A stretch of 64,000 nucleotides of DNA from Jiangellaceae bacterium (GTDB taxonomy: Bacteria; Actinomycetota; Actinomycetes; Jiangellales; Jiangellaceae): NCBI GenBank assembly GCA_036373915.1, contig DASUUU010000157.1, positions 2,429-66,428 of the forward strand, read 5' to 3'. Of this stretch, positions 18,706-27,531 are shown in pieces. The translations under genes and the position numbers were made by a program. Under the pieces are notes generated by a model. That model made no database searches and was not told the DNA's origin. It worked only from the letters and a program-made list of their open reading frames with translations. Position 1 is the first letter of the stretch. The number at the start of each line of letters is the position of its first letter.

Positions 18706-19734
18706 GTGCGGCTGCGACGATGGGACCCGACCGGCCCGGCGATATCTCGTCGTCGCCGGGGCCGGGGATTCAGCTACACCGACCCCGACGGTCGAAAGAT
18801 CACGGATAAGGCGGTGCTCGAGCGGATCGCCGGCCTGGTGATCCCGCCGGCATGGCGTGACGTGCGGATCTGCCCGTGGCCGAACGGCCACTTGCAGGCG
18901 ATCGGGACGGACGACGCCGGCCGCCGCCAGTACCTCTACCACCCGGCCTGGCGCGAACGCCGTGACAAAGAGAAGTTCTACCGGATCCGCACGTTCGCTG
19001 AGCGACTCCCCGCGGCGCGGGCTCAGATCGCAGCCGATCTCGCAACCCGGGGCCTCAACCGGCGTCGCGTGCTGGCCGCCGCGGCCAGGTTGCTCGACAT
19101 CGGGTTCTTCCGGATCGGTGGTGAGGAGTACGCGGAGGACAACGGCTCGTACGGGCTCGCGACGGTGCTGCGCGAACACGTCAGCGCGGCGGGGAACGGG
19201 ACGATCGTCTTCGACTACCCGGCGAAGTGGGGCATGCAGCGAATCCACGCGATCGCGGACCAGACGGTCGTGTCCGTCATCCAGGCACTCCGCCGCCGCC
19301 GCGAACCTGGCGAGTCGCTGCTCGCGTACTACGAGGAACGCCAGTGGAAACGCATCCGGTCCGAAGACATCAACGAGTACCTGAAAGAGATCTTCGGCAC
19401 CGAAGTCACGGCGAAGGACTTCCGTACCTGGCATGCGACAGTGCTCGCCGCGGTGTCGTTGGCGATCGTCCAGCCGACAGGTTCGCGCACGAGCCGCAAG
19501 CGGGCCCTGGCCCACACCATGCGTGAGGTGTCGCACTACCTCGGCAACACACCGGCGGTGTCCCGCTCGTCGTACGTCGACCCGCACGTGGTCGATGCGT
19601 TCGAACAGGGCGAGACCATCGCCTGGGCACTCGACGGACTGGGCGACACCGCCGCGGGCGAACTCGCGACTCACGGCGGGGTCGAGGAGGCCGTGCTGAA
19701 GTTGCTGACCGGCAGGCACGCCGCGGGAGTTTGA
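18706..19734 (+). CDS. DNA topoisomerase IB
   Basis: GRGFSYTDPDGRKITDKAVLERIAGLVIPPAWRDVRICPWPNGHLQAIGTDDAGRRQYLYHPAW, plus C-terminal FRTWHAT and LGNTPAVSRSSYVDP (catalytic Tyr region). Confidence 0.8.
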   Translation: MRLRRWDPTGPAISRRRRGRGFSYTDPDGRKITDKAVLERIAGLVIPPAWRDVRICPWPNGHLQAIGTDDAGRRQYLYHPAWRERRDKEKFYRIRTFAERLPAARAQIAADLATRGLNRRRVLAAAARLLDIGFFRIGGEEYAEDNGSYGLATVLREHVSAAGNGTIVFDYPAKWGMQRIHAIADQTVVSVIQALRRRREPGESLLAYYEERQWKRIRSEDINEYLKEIFGTEVTAKDFRTWHATVLAAVSLAIVQPTGSRTSRKRALAHTMREVSHYLGNTPAVSRSSYVDPHVVDAFEQGETIAWALDGLGDTAAGELATHGGVEEAVLKLLTGRHAAGV

Positions 19735-19762
19735 CCGGCCACGGCCGGGGCAGTCGCCTGCC

Positions 19763-21025
19763 ATGACATCGCGGCGCGTCGCGGTCCTGGACAGCACGGC
19801 ATCGCTACTTGCCACCGGCTTCTCCTGGCTGCCCAGCCGGTGGCGGCGCAGCGGGCAGTCGGCCGTCCGTGCCCGGCTGCTCGGCAAGCCCGCGATCGCG
19901 CTGCGCGGGCCGGATGCGATCCCGTACTTCTACGACGAGCAGCGCGTGCGGCGCAGTGGCGCCGTGCCCAAGGCGGTGCAGAAGACGCTGTTCGGTGAAG
20001 GCGCGGTGCAAACACTGGACGGTGATGAGCATCGCGTCCGCAAGGCGATGTTCCTCGGCATCCTGACCGATCCCAATCGGGTGGACGCTCTCGTCCGGCG
20101 CACCGCCGAGGCCTGGGACGATGCGGCACAGCGCTGGATCTCCGAACCGAGCGTCGTGCTGTTCGACGAAGCCGCGCAGGTCCACCCGCGCCGTCTGCGG
20201 GTGGGCGGGCGTCCCGCTCGACGACAAGGACGTACCGCTGTGGGCGAAGCAGTTCGTCGCAACAGTCGACGGCTTCGCCACCCCGTCCCTGCGGCACATG
20301 CAGGCCAGGCTCGCCCGGAAGCGACTCGAAAGCTGGCTCACGAGGCTCATCGTGGCGACGCGCAACGGTGCGGCCGGGAGCCTCTCCGACACCACCGGAA
20401 CCGAGTCGGTCGTCGAACTCGTGGCTCACCACCGCGACGCCGGAGGCGGGTTGCTCAAGCCTCGCATCGCGGCCGTGGAGCTGCTCAACATTCTCAGGCT
20501 GACCGTCGCCGTGTCGTGTTCGTCACGTTTGCCGCACATGCCATGCACCGGTGGCCGGAACAACGCCAACGTGTCCAGGAGGGCGATGCCGACTACCTCG
20601 AGGCATTCGCTCAGGAGGTCCGGCGCTTCTATCCCTTCGCGCCCTTTGTCGGCGGCCGGGCGACGATGGCGCAGATCTGGCGCGAGCAGCAGATTCCAGC
20701 AGGTGGGATGGTGCTACTCGACCTGTACGGGCAGAACCACGACGCAGCCCTGTGGCCGGAGCCGTACACCTTCAGCCCTGATCGCTTCCTGCACCGACAG
20801 TTGGACTCGAACGAACTCGTGCCACAGGGTGGTGGGGATCCAGCGGCTGGCCACCGCTGCCCAGGCGAGCAGATCACCGTCGAGCTGATCAAGGTACTGG
20901 CGGCCAAGCTCGCCGCAATGCAGTACGACGTGCCCGACCAGGACCTGCGCATCTCGCTCACGCGCATCCCCACCCGCCCGCGCAGTGGATTCGTCATGAC
21001 GAACGTCCGTCCTCCGGACCGCTGA
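19763..21025 (+). pseudogene. CYP152-family P450 (fatty-acid peroxygenase-like) with two compensating frameshifts
   Basis: The ends read in frame (LLGKPAIALRG..., FAQEVRRFYPFAPF, LLDLYGQNHD, PQGGGDPAAGHRCPGE). The conserved middle (AVCGWAGVPL...AAVELLNILRLTVAVS) is only readable in the +1 frame (track ORF 20121-20888). The in-frame translation there is Arg-rich nonsense. Confidence 0.7.
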
Positions 21026-21110
21026 ATCCAACTGAACCGTCGTGTTTCGGTGCCATCGGCCCGGGCAAGCCCCGGTTGTACGAGAACAGACTGCAAGGAG
21101 GTACGAAGAC

Positions 21111-21686
21111 ATGGCACCGCAGATAAAGGGCAAGAAGATCGCATTCCTGATGGCCGACGAAGGAGTCGAGCAGGTCGAGTTCACTCGCCCGTGGGAGGCC
21201 GTCGAGCAGGCCGGCGGGCAGCCCGAACTCGTCACGCCGGAGGGTGGCAAGGTGCAGGCCTTCAACCACCTGGACAAGGGCGACACCTTCAGCGCCGACA
21301 AGAAGGTCTCCGAGGCGAACCCGGCCGACTACGACGGTCTCGTGCTGCCCGGTGGGGTCGCGAACCCCGACCGGCTGCGGATGGATGAGTCGGCAGTCCA
21401 GTTCGTACGGGCGTTCTTCGAGGCCGGCAAGCCGGTCGCTGCGATCTGCCACGCTCCGTGGATGCTCGTCGAGGCCGGCGTGGTCCAGGGCCGAACGCTA
21501 ACTTCGTGGCCGAGCTTGCAGACCGACCTTCGCAACGCCGGCGCGACCTGGGTGGACGAAGAGGTCCACGTCGACAGCGGACTGGTCACTAGCCGAAAGC
21601 CGGATGACCTGAAGGCGTTCTGCGACAAGGCGATCGAAGAGTTCGCCGAGGGCCGCCACGAGGGACAGCAGGCGGCGACCAGGTAG
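21111..21686 (+). CDS. DJ-1/PfpI family protein
   Basis: KKIAFLMADEGVEQVEF...LVLPGG...AAICHAPWML (nucleophile elbow Cys-His). ATG 21111 follows AAGGAGG. Confidence 0.85.
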   Translation: MAPQIKGKKIAFLMADEGVEQVEFTRPWEAVEQAGGQPELVTPEGGKVQAFNHLDKGDTFSADKKVSEANPADYDGLVLPGGVANPDRLRMDESAVQFVRAFFEAGKPVAAICHAPWMLVEAGVVQGRTLTSWPSLQTDLRNAGATWVDEEVHVDSGLVTSRKPDDLKAFCDKAIEEFAEGRHEGQQAATR

Positions 21687-21730
21687 TTCGTGGTGCCAGG
21701 CCCGGGCCGGGCCCGGGCCGTCGGCATGTG

Positions 21731-21798
21731 AAGATCAAGTGGTCACGACACGCCGAGCCGATGCGCGCGGTTCCGGCGTGTCATGACCACTTGATCTT
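21731..21798. terminator. very long hairpin (24-bp stem, 20-nt loop) between convergent genes
   Basis: AAGATCAAGTGGTCACGACACGCC...GGCGTGTCATGACCACTTGATCTT. The single mismatch becomes a G-U pair on the minus-strand transcript. Confidence 0.55.
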
Positions 21799-21836
21799 GC
21801 GAACCCCAGCACGCCTCAACCGACTCCGCGGCCCGA

Positions 21837-22472
21837 TTACGACGGAGGGGTGGTGTAGAACGCGATGGATCGTTCGGCCGCTGCGCGAGCGCTCTCCTCG
21901 TCCGTACCGAAGGCGATGTCGGACTCGCACCACCGCTGTGCGCTGAGGGTGGCGAACTGCTTGCCCTCGGGCGAAAGCATCCACTCCTGAGCCTCCTGCG
22001 GATCGACCGGAGGCGCGCCGGCCAGATGCCGCGCCAGGCCCACCAGTGCCCCGTCCCAGCCAATGCCGGTGGCGCTTGGCCCGAACTGGGCCCACAACTC
22101 GTCGCTGACGTGGGCGACATGTTCGAGCTCGAAGCGGGTGCGGCCCTCACCCTCCGGGGTAAGGCGCACCTCGATCCAGCTGATCTGGCCGCCGAACTCC
22201 CAGGTGGCGGCGAAGCTCTTCGGCGGATCGCACCGCTCGACGACCCCGCTCGCGTTGCCCTCGAGGTGGTACCGGCCGTGCAGCTGGAGGTCGCCGCTTA
22301 TCGGCAGAAACCAGCGCGGAATACGGTCGGGGTTGGTGCAGGCGTCCCAGACGTCTTCGACCGTGGCGTCATACGACTGGCTGATGGTGCTGACTCGCGC
22401 CTCACCTGCTTCGAGCATGCGGCTGCCTATCTGCCGCCGTACTGCGTTGATCTGCTGGGTGACATCGATCAT
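21837..22472 (-). CDS. SRPBCC/AHSA1 (activator of Hsp90 ATPase homologue-like) domain protein
   Basis: VEDVWDACTNPDRIPRWF...FAATWEFGG. A 4-nt overlap couples it to the upstream ArsR gene. Confidence 0.7.
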   Translation of the reverse strand: MIDVTQQINAVRRQIGSRMLEAGEARVSTISQSYDATVEDVWDACTNPDRIPRWFLPISGDLQLHGRYHLEGNASGVVERCDPPKSFAATWEFGGQISWIEVRLTPEGEGRTRFELEHVAHVSDELWAQFGPSATGIGWDGALVGLARHLAGAPPVDPQEAQEWMLSPEGKQFATLSAQRWCESDIAFGTDEESARAAAERSIAFYTTPPS

Positions 22473-22831
22473 GAGGTACTCCCCTGGTCAGGTTGACTAC
22501 TACGCAGGCGCCGCTCGCGCTTGCCGCGGGCGAGCTCGGTCGCCAAGGCCTCCAGCGGTGGCGTCCAGAACCGCCGAAACCTGTCGAGCCACACATCGAC
22601 GTCTCGCAGTGGCGCGGAGTTCACCGCGTACAGACGCCGAGCACCTTCCGGGCGGACCGTCGCGAATCCAGCATCGCGCAACACCTTGAGGTGCTGAGAG
22701 ACCGCCGGTTGGGTGATGCCGAACTCGCCCTGGATGACCGCGGACACCTCACCCGAGCTCAGCTCGCCGTCGGCGAGCAACTCGAGGATGCGCCTGCGTA
22801 CCGGGTCACCCAGGACGTCGAACGCGTGCAT
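22469..22831 (-). CDS. ArsR/SmtB family transcriptional regulator
   Basis: LGDPVRRRILELLADGELSSGEVSAVIQGEFGITQPAVSQHLKVLRDAGF. Confidence 0.85.
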   Translation of the reverse strand: MHAFDVLGDPVRRRILELLADGELSSGEVSAVIQGEFGITQPAVSQHLKVLRDAGFATVRPEGARRLYAVNSAPLRDVDVWLDRFRRFWTPPLEALATELARGKRERRLRSSQPDQGSTS

Positions 22832-22850
22832 GGCGGCAATGTATCAGCAG

Positions 22851-22866
22851 TGGCTTATATAAGCCA
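22851..22866. promoter_or_regulatory. perfect 16-bp palindrome upstream of the ArsR operon
   Basis: TGGCTTATATAAGCCA, 20 bp upstream of the ArsR ATG. An AT-rich island. Confidence 0.55.
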
Positions 22867-22962
22867 GCGTCTATCTCCCGAGGACGCTCGAGTCACCAGG
22901 TGGTCGTTTGGGCGCCCGCCGAGCAGATAGCCCGCGGCGCCCGACCGAGCCAACCCTCTCGG

Positions 22963-23457
22963 CTACAGCGCGCGCGCCTCGATTGCGAGGCGTCCGGTGC
23001 CGAGATTCACCGTGCCCTCGTTGACGACGACGGTCCGGTTCAAGCGGTCGAATCGCGGATCCGCGGTTCGCATGAGTGCAGTGGCCAGCACTCGGAAGTC
23101 CAGGTCTGGGAACTCGAACCCAGGCGATGCGAGCACCTCGAGCGGCGGCATCTCCAGGCCCTCGGGCGGCAGAACGTAACCACGTATGTCAAAGGCCACG
23201 CGGGCACCCGCGCCTTCGACGACCTCGTGCGCCACGATCACTCCGACACCGTCGGGGCGCACCATGAACTGGTCGAGCCCAAAGATGCGCCCGCCTGCGA
23301 ACGGTCCTTCCACGATGTCCGCGCTGAAGTCGTTGTGAAATCTCAGGCCCTCCGGGAACAACCCGATCGGGTAGAGATCGGCGAGGCTGCCTTCGAGACG
23401 GTAGACCAGTTCTGTGTCGGCTCGCCCGTGCGAGCGCTGGCTTGTCAGGGTCTGCAT
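22963..23457 (-). CDS. hypothetical protein (DUF3237-like beta-barrel, tentative)
   Basis: ATG 23457 follows AAAGGAG. FPEGLRFHNDFSADIVEGPFAGGRIFGLDQFMVRPDG pattern. Family assignment is from memory. Confidence 0.55.
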   Translation of the reverse strand: MQTLTSQRSHGRADTELVYRLEGSLADLYPIGLFPEGLRFHNDFSADIVEGPFAGGRIFGLDQFMVRPDGVGVIVAHEVVEGAGARVAFDIRGYVLPPEGLEMPPLEVLASPGFEFPDLDFRVLATALMRTADPRFDRLNRTVVVNEGTVNLGTGRLAIEARAL

Positions 23458-23510
23458 GGTGATCTCCTTTTCGTGACGTACAGATGGTTGATCGGCGTGC
23501 AACGGCGCAC

Positions 23511-23765
23511 TCAGGCCTCGATGACCAGTCCCGTGCCGGCGGCGGGAAGGAGTGGGCCCACTCGTTCGCCAGCCGCCAGGAGGGTGACGCCGAGCAACTC
23601 GCCGACCAGCTCCTCGGCGAAGTGGGCGCGGCCGTCGTGCCCGACCGTCCGGGTGACGTCTCGCCGGCCGCCACCCGCCAGTTCGAATCGGGCGGTGACG
23701 GGCTCGCCGTAGACCTCGTTGCCGCTCCCGTCGACGACGCTCACCGCGAACATCGTCCTTGTCAT
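23511..23765 (-). CDS. small hypothetical protein (84 aa)
   Basis: ATG 23765 follows GAAGGAAG. The track ORF (to 24044) is an unsupported 5' extension that overlaps the divergent TetR gene. Confidence 0.45.
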   Translation of the reverse strand: MTRTMFAVSVVDGSGNEVYGEPVTARFELAGGGRRDVTRTVGHDGRAHFAEELVGELLGVTLLAAGERVGPLLPAAGTGLVIEA

Positions 23766-23942
23766 GTCGGACCTGCTTCCTTCTCGACTTTTCGTCGCAC
23801 GCCTGTGTGCGATGAAAAATCTATGGGACGACACCCGGTTGCGCAAGTTCATGCTACAGGGTCGTTCAGTGAAATGAGTCACAGTGCAGTTGAGAGGAGT
23901 ACGTGGCGAACGTTCGACCGAACGCTCCTGTACGATCAATGC

Positions 23943-24548
23943 ATGCCAAACTCGACGACAGGCCGGGCGTACCACATGCGCAAGCGGCGCGAGGATGTAG
24001 AGCAGACCCGACAGCGCATCGTGGAGGCCGCGGTAGAACTGCACGGCACTGTCGGACCGGTCAACACGACCTTCTCAGCAGTAGCCGAGCGGGCAGGCGT
24101 ACAGCGCTCCACGGTCTACCGCCACTTCTCCGACGAGGCCGCCCTCTTCGGTGCCTGCACGAGCCACTGGCTGGCCGGGCATCCCTGGCCTCAGCCGGAA
24201 GACTGGCGGCGCGAGACCGATCCCGTCGCCCGCCTCCGGCGCGCCCTGACCGAGTTGTACGGCTACTACGCCGCCAATACACAGATGCTGTCCAACTCGT
24301 TCCGCGACATCGACGTCATGCCCGCCTTCGTCGGCGAGTTCATCCGTGCGCAGTTGCAGAACATGCACACGACCCTGGTCGAGGCCTGGCCGGAAGACTC
24401 CCGCGACCTGGCCGTGGCCATCGCCCACGCGATCGACTTCCGATCCTGGCAGTCGCTGTCGTCCCAATCGCTCCCGCCGGAACGCGCTGCACAGCTCATG
24501 ACCGAGATGGTGGCCGGAAGCGTCCGCGCACGGACGTCACGGACGTAA
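23943..24548 (+). CDS. TetR/AcrR family transcriptional regulator
   Basis: TRQRIVEAAVELHGTVGPVNTTFSAVAERAGVQRSTVYRHFSDEAALF. Start moved to ATG 23943. Confidence 0.8.
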   Translation: MPNSTTGRAYHMRKRREDVEQTRQRIVEAAVELHGTVGPVNTTFSAVAERAGVQRSTVYRHFSDEAALFGACTSHWLAGHPWPQPEDWRRETDPVARLRRALTELYGYYAANTQMLSNSFRDIDVMPAFVGEFIRAQLQNMHTTLVEAWPEDSRDLAVAIAHAIDFRSWQSLSSQSLPPERAAQLMTEMVAGSVRARTSRT

Positions 24549-24558
24549 GTCAGAAGCG

Positions 24559-25188
24559 TCACGCGCACAACTGCGCGCGCAGGGTGTCGAACGTCCACCG
24601 CTCCCATTCCTCGGGAGACCAGCCGCGGACGTCAACGAGCAGCAGGAATAGCTCCGTGCTCAACAGAGCGAACAGGATGTCCGCAACCCGTTCGGCCGTC
24701 ACGCCGGGGGCGATGCCTAGTTTGGTGACCAGGACCTCCGCCGCGGCTTCGTGCACCTCGTACCGGGGACGTTCTCCCTCAGGCCAGAGTGCCGCCACGT
24801 CGGCGTCCGTGGCCGCCGCGGTGTCGACCATCCTGACCAGCGGCGCGACCCGCTCGAGGATAGCCCGGGCGCCCCGGACATGCGCCCGCAACTGGGCGTC
24901 CGCGGACTCAGCGGCGACGACCTCGCGGAACCACGGCTGCTCCGTCGTCGCGATCGGCTCGTCGTCGCCGGCGATGGTGATGTCCACCAGCTCTTTGAGC
25001 AGCGTCCGTTTGTTGCCGAAGACGAAGTAGATCGTCTGGACGGCGACACCCGCTCGGTCGGCGACGTCCTGCAACGGCGTCGCTCCGTAGCCGCGCTCGA
25101 TGAACAGGTCGCGGGCAGCGTCGATGATGCGCCGGCGCGTCTCACTCGCCTTCTCGGCCCGTTTATTCACTCGCTTGACATCGGCCAC
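24559..25188 (-). CDS. TetR/AcrR family transcriptional regulator
   Basis: TRRRIIDAARDLFIERGYGATPLQDVADRAGVAVQTIYFVFGNKRTLL. Confidence 0.85.
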   Translation of the reverse strand: MADVKRVNKRAEKASETRRRIIDAARDLFIERGYGATPLQDVADRAGVAVQTIYFVFGNKRTLLKELVDITIAGDDEPIATTEQPWFREVVAAESADAQLRAHVRGARAILERVAPLVRMVDTAAATDADVAALWPEGERPRYEVHEAAAEVLVTKLGIAPGVTAERVADILFALLSTELFLLLVDVRGWSPEEWERWTFDTLRAQLCA

Positions 25189-25201
25189 ACCCGTACTGTA
25201 T

Positions 25202-25236
25202 CTCTAGAGTTCGTCACTAGAGTACGACTCTAGAGA
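25202..25236. promoter_or_regulatory. operator region with three CTAGAG half-sites at 13-bp spacing
   Basis: CTCTAGAGT..CACTAGAGTacgACTCTAGAGAG. It contains the perfect inverted repeat CTAGAGT-acg-ACTCTAG (25217-25233). It lies between the divergent tetR gene and the ABC operon. Confidence 0.5.
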
Positions 25237-25250
25237 GAGGTTACAGTGCA

Positions 25251-26216
25251 ATGCAGTTTGCAGTTGAGGCCGCGGGCCTGGTCAAGGCGTTCGGCGAGAC
25301 GCGGGCCGTCGACGGGGTTGATCTGACCGTTCCTGCCGGCCGCGTCTTCGGCTTGCTCGGTCCGAACGGCGCCGGCAAGACCACCGCGCTCCGAATGCTC
25401 GCCACCCTCCTTGCGCCGGACGGCGGGACCGCGCGGGTGTTCGGGCACGACGTCGTCACCGAGGCGGATGCCGTCCGGTCCCGGATCAGCCTGACGGGGC
25501 AGTTCGCCTCGATCGACGAGGATCTGACCGGTGGCGAGAACCTGGCCATCCTCGCCCGCCTCTTCGGGTATTCGCGGTCCGCCGCCAGAGCGCGGGCAGA
25601 CGAGTTGCTTACGGCGTTCGATCTTGCGGACGCGGCCGGCCGCACCGTGAAGACCTACTCCGGAGGCATGCGCCGCCGGCTGGACATCGCGGCCAGCATC
25701 GTCGTCACGCCCGAGTTGCTCTTCCTGGACGAGCCGACGACGGGGCTGGACCCGCGCAGCCGCAACCAGGTCTGGGACATCGTCCGGACCCTCGTGGCCG
25801 AAGGCACCACCGTGCTGCTGACGACCCAGTACCTGGACGAGGCCGACCAACTCGCCGACCGGATCGCCGTCATCGACCACGGCCGGGTCATCGCGGACGG
25901 CACGCCGAGCGAGCTCAAGGCTTCGACGGGTTCCGGGACCCTGCACATCCGGCTGCTCGATCCGGCCCGCCGGGCGGACGCGCAGCAGGTCGTGGCCGGC
26001 GCCCTCACGACCGCCGTCCGTCTCGAGTCCGACGAGGCCGTCCTGACCGCTCGGGCCGACGACCCCTCCCGGGCGTCGGTCGCACTGGCCGAACTGGCTC
26101 GGGCCGGCATCGACGTCCACTCGTTCGCGCTCGGCCAACCCAGCCTCGACGAGGTGTTCCTCGCCCTCACCGGCCATCGCGCCGTGACCGATTCAATCCA
26201 GAAGGACGCAGCATGA
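25251..26216 (+). CDS. ABC transporter ATP-binding protein (DrrA/ABC-2 type)
   Basis: Walker [10 protein letters not shown], signature YSGGMRRRL, Walker [13 protein letters not shown]. Confidence 0.9.
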   Translation: MQFAVEAAGLVKAFGETRAVDGVDLTVPAGRVFGLLGPNGAGKTTALRMLATLLAPDGGTARVFGHDVVTEADAVRSRISLTGQFASIDEDLTGGENLAILARLFGYSRSAARARADELLTAFDLADAAGRTVKTYSGGMRRRLDIAASIVVTPELLFLDEPTTGLDPRSRNQVWDIVRTLVAEGTTVLLTTQYLDEADQLADRIAVIDHGRVIADGTPSELKASTGSGTLHIRLLDPARRADAQQVVAGALTTAVRLESDEAVLTARADDPSRASVALAELARAGIDVHSFALGQPSLDEVFLALTGHRAVTDSIQKDAA

Positions 26217-27058
26217 CGAGCACACCACTGACCCATCCCGACCCCGCCCTGACCGGCCCGGCGTTGCGCGACACCATCGAACGTCGGCCCCGGCCGCCGC
26301 GAGCCACAGCAGCGTCCGCGTCGCTGACGTTCGCTACCCGGGCGCTGTTGAGGATCAAGCACGTGCCTGAGCAGATGGCCGATGCGATCATGATCCCGAT
26401 CCTGTTCACGGTGATGTTCACCTACCTGTTCGGGGGCGCGCTGGCTGGCTCCACCAGCGACTACCTGCAGTTCCTGTTGCCCGGAACCATGGTGTTCGCC
26501 GTACTGCTCATCACCGTGTACGCCGGAGTCAACCTCAACACGGACATCACCAAGGGCGTCCTCGATCGTTTCCGGTCGATGCCGATCTGGCGGCCGGCTC
26601 TTATCGTGGGAGGTCTGGTCAGCGACGCCGGACGCAACCTGTTGGCGGCCGGGCTGGTCGTGGGTCTGGGCCTGGCGATGGGCTTTCGGCCGGACGCCGG
26701 GGTGACAGGGGTGCTTGCCGCAATCGGGTTGCTGCTGGTGTTCGCCTTCGGAGTGTCCTGGATCTGGGCCACCCTCGGCCTAGTGCTGCGGACGCCGACG
26801 TCGGTGACGATGGTGAGCTTCCTCGTCCAGTTCCCCCTCACGTTCGCGAGCAACGTGTTCGTGGACCCCGCGACAATGCCCGGTTGGCTGCGGACGTTCG
26901 TCGAGGCCAACCCGGTCAGTCTGCTCGTCGACACCGTCCGCGGGCTGATGCACGGCACCGCGACATCGACCCAGGTCGGCGGCGTGTTGTTAGCCTCGGC
27001 CGCGATCGTCGCCGTCTTCGGGCCGCTGACGATGCGTCTCTACCGGACACGAACGTGA
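26213..27058 (+). CDS. ABC-2 type transporter permease
   Basis: Six hydrophobic segments. A 4-nt overlap with the ATPase gene. Confidence 0.85.
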   Translation: MTSTPLTHPDPALTGPALRDTIERRPRPPRATAASASLTFATRALLRIKHVPEQMADAIMIPILFTVMFTYLFGGALAGSTSDYLQFLLPGTMVFAVLLITVYAGVNLNTDITKGVLDRFRSMPIWRPALIVGGLVSDAGRNLLAAGLVVGLGLAMGFRPDAGVTGVLAAIGLLLVFAFGVSWIWATLGLVLRTPTSVTMVSFLVQFPLTFASNVFVDPATMPGWLRTFVEANPVSLLVDTVRGLMHGTATSTQVGGVLLASAAIVAVFGPLTMRLYRTRT

Positions 27059-27531
27059 GCGGGGATGTTGTGGAGCACGTCATACGGCCGGTCGGAGTCG
27101 TCCGAAATGGGCGCACCGACATCGCGATGACCGACAACTGGGGCGAGGTGACCAGCACGATCGTCGTCGGCGAGCGGTTCGGGGATGACTGCCTGCTCGG
27201 CTTGGACGAGTTCTCCCACGTCGACGTGCTGTTCCTGTTCGATCAGACGACCGATCGGCCGGACTACTCGCCGCGGCGGCCGCGGGGGCGAGCAGACCTG
27301 CCCAAGGTGGGCCTGTTCGCCGACCGTGGCCCCCGCCGGCCGAATCTGATCGGCGTGACGACGTGCCGGATCGCGTCCGTCGACGGGCGCTCGCTGGAGG
27401 TTGTCGGACTGGATGCAGTCGACGGGACGCCCGTCGTAGATCTCAAGCCGACCATGCTCGAGTTCCTGCCGGCAGACGTCCGGCAGCCGGAATGGGTCAG
27501 CCGGCTGATGGCTGACTACTTCCGGCCATGA
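27055..27531 (+). CDS. TsaA/TrmO-like (YaeB family) SAM-dependent methyltransferase
   Basis: IRPVGVVRN...FSHVDVLFLFD...RRPNLIGVTTCRI...DAVDGTPVVDLKP. GTG 27055 overlaps the permease TGA (GTGA). Confidence 0.7.
   Translation: MSGDVVEHVIRPVGVVRNGRTDIAMTDNWGEVTSTIVVGERFGDDCLLGLDEFSHVDVLFLFDQTTDRPDYSPRRPRGRADLPKVGLFADRGPRRPNLIGVTTCRIASVDGRSLEVVGLDAVDGTPVVDLKPTMLEFLPADVRQPEWVSRLMADYFRP

Noticed and set aside
21697-21717. GC-only tract GGCCCGGGCCGGGCCCGGGCC as a separate functional element.
   Set aside because: It is a short, low-complexity palindromic tract directly after a stop codon. It is most simply part of the terminator region and has no independent support.
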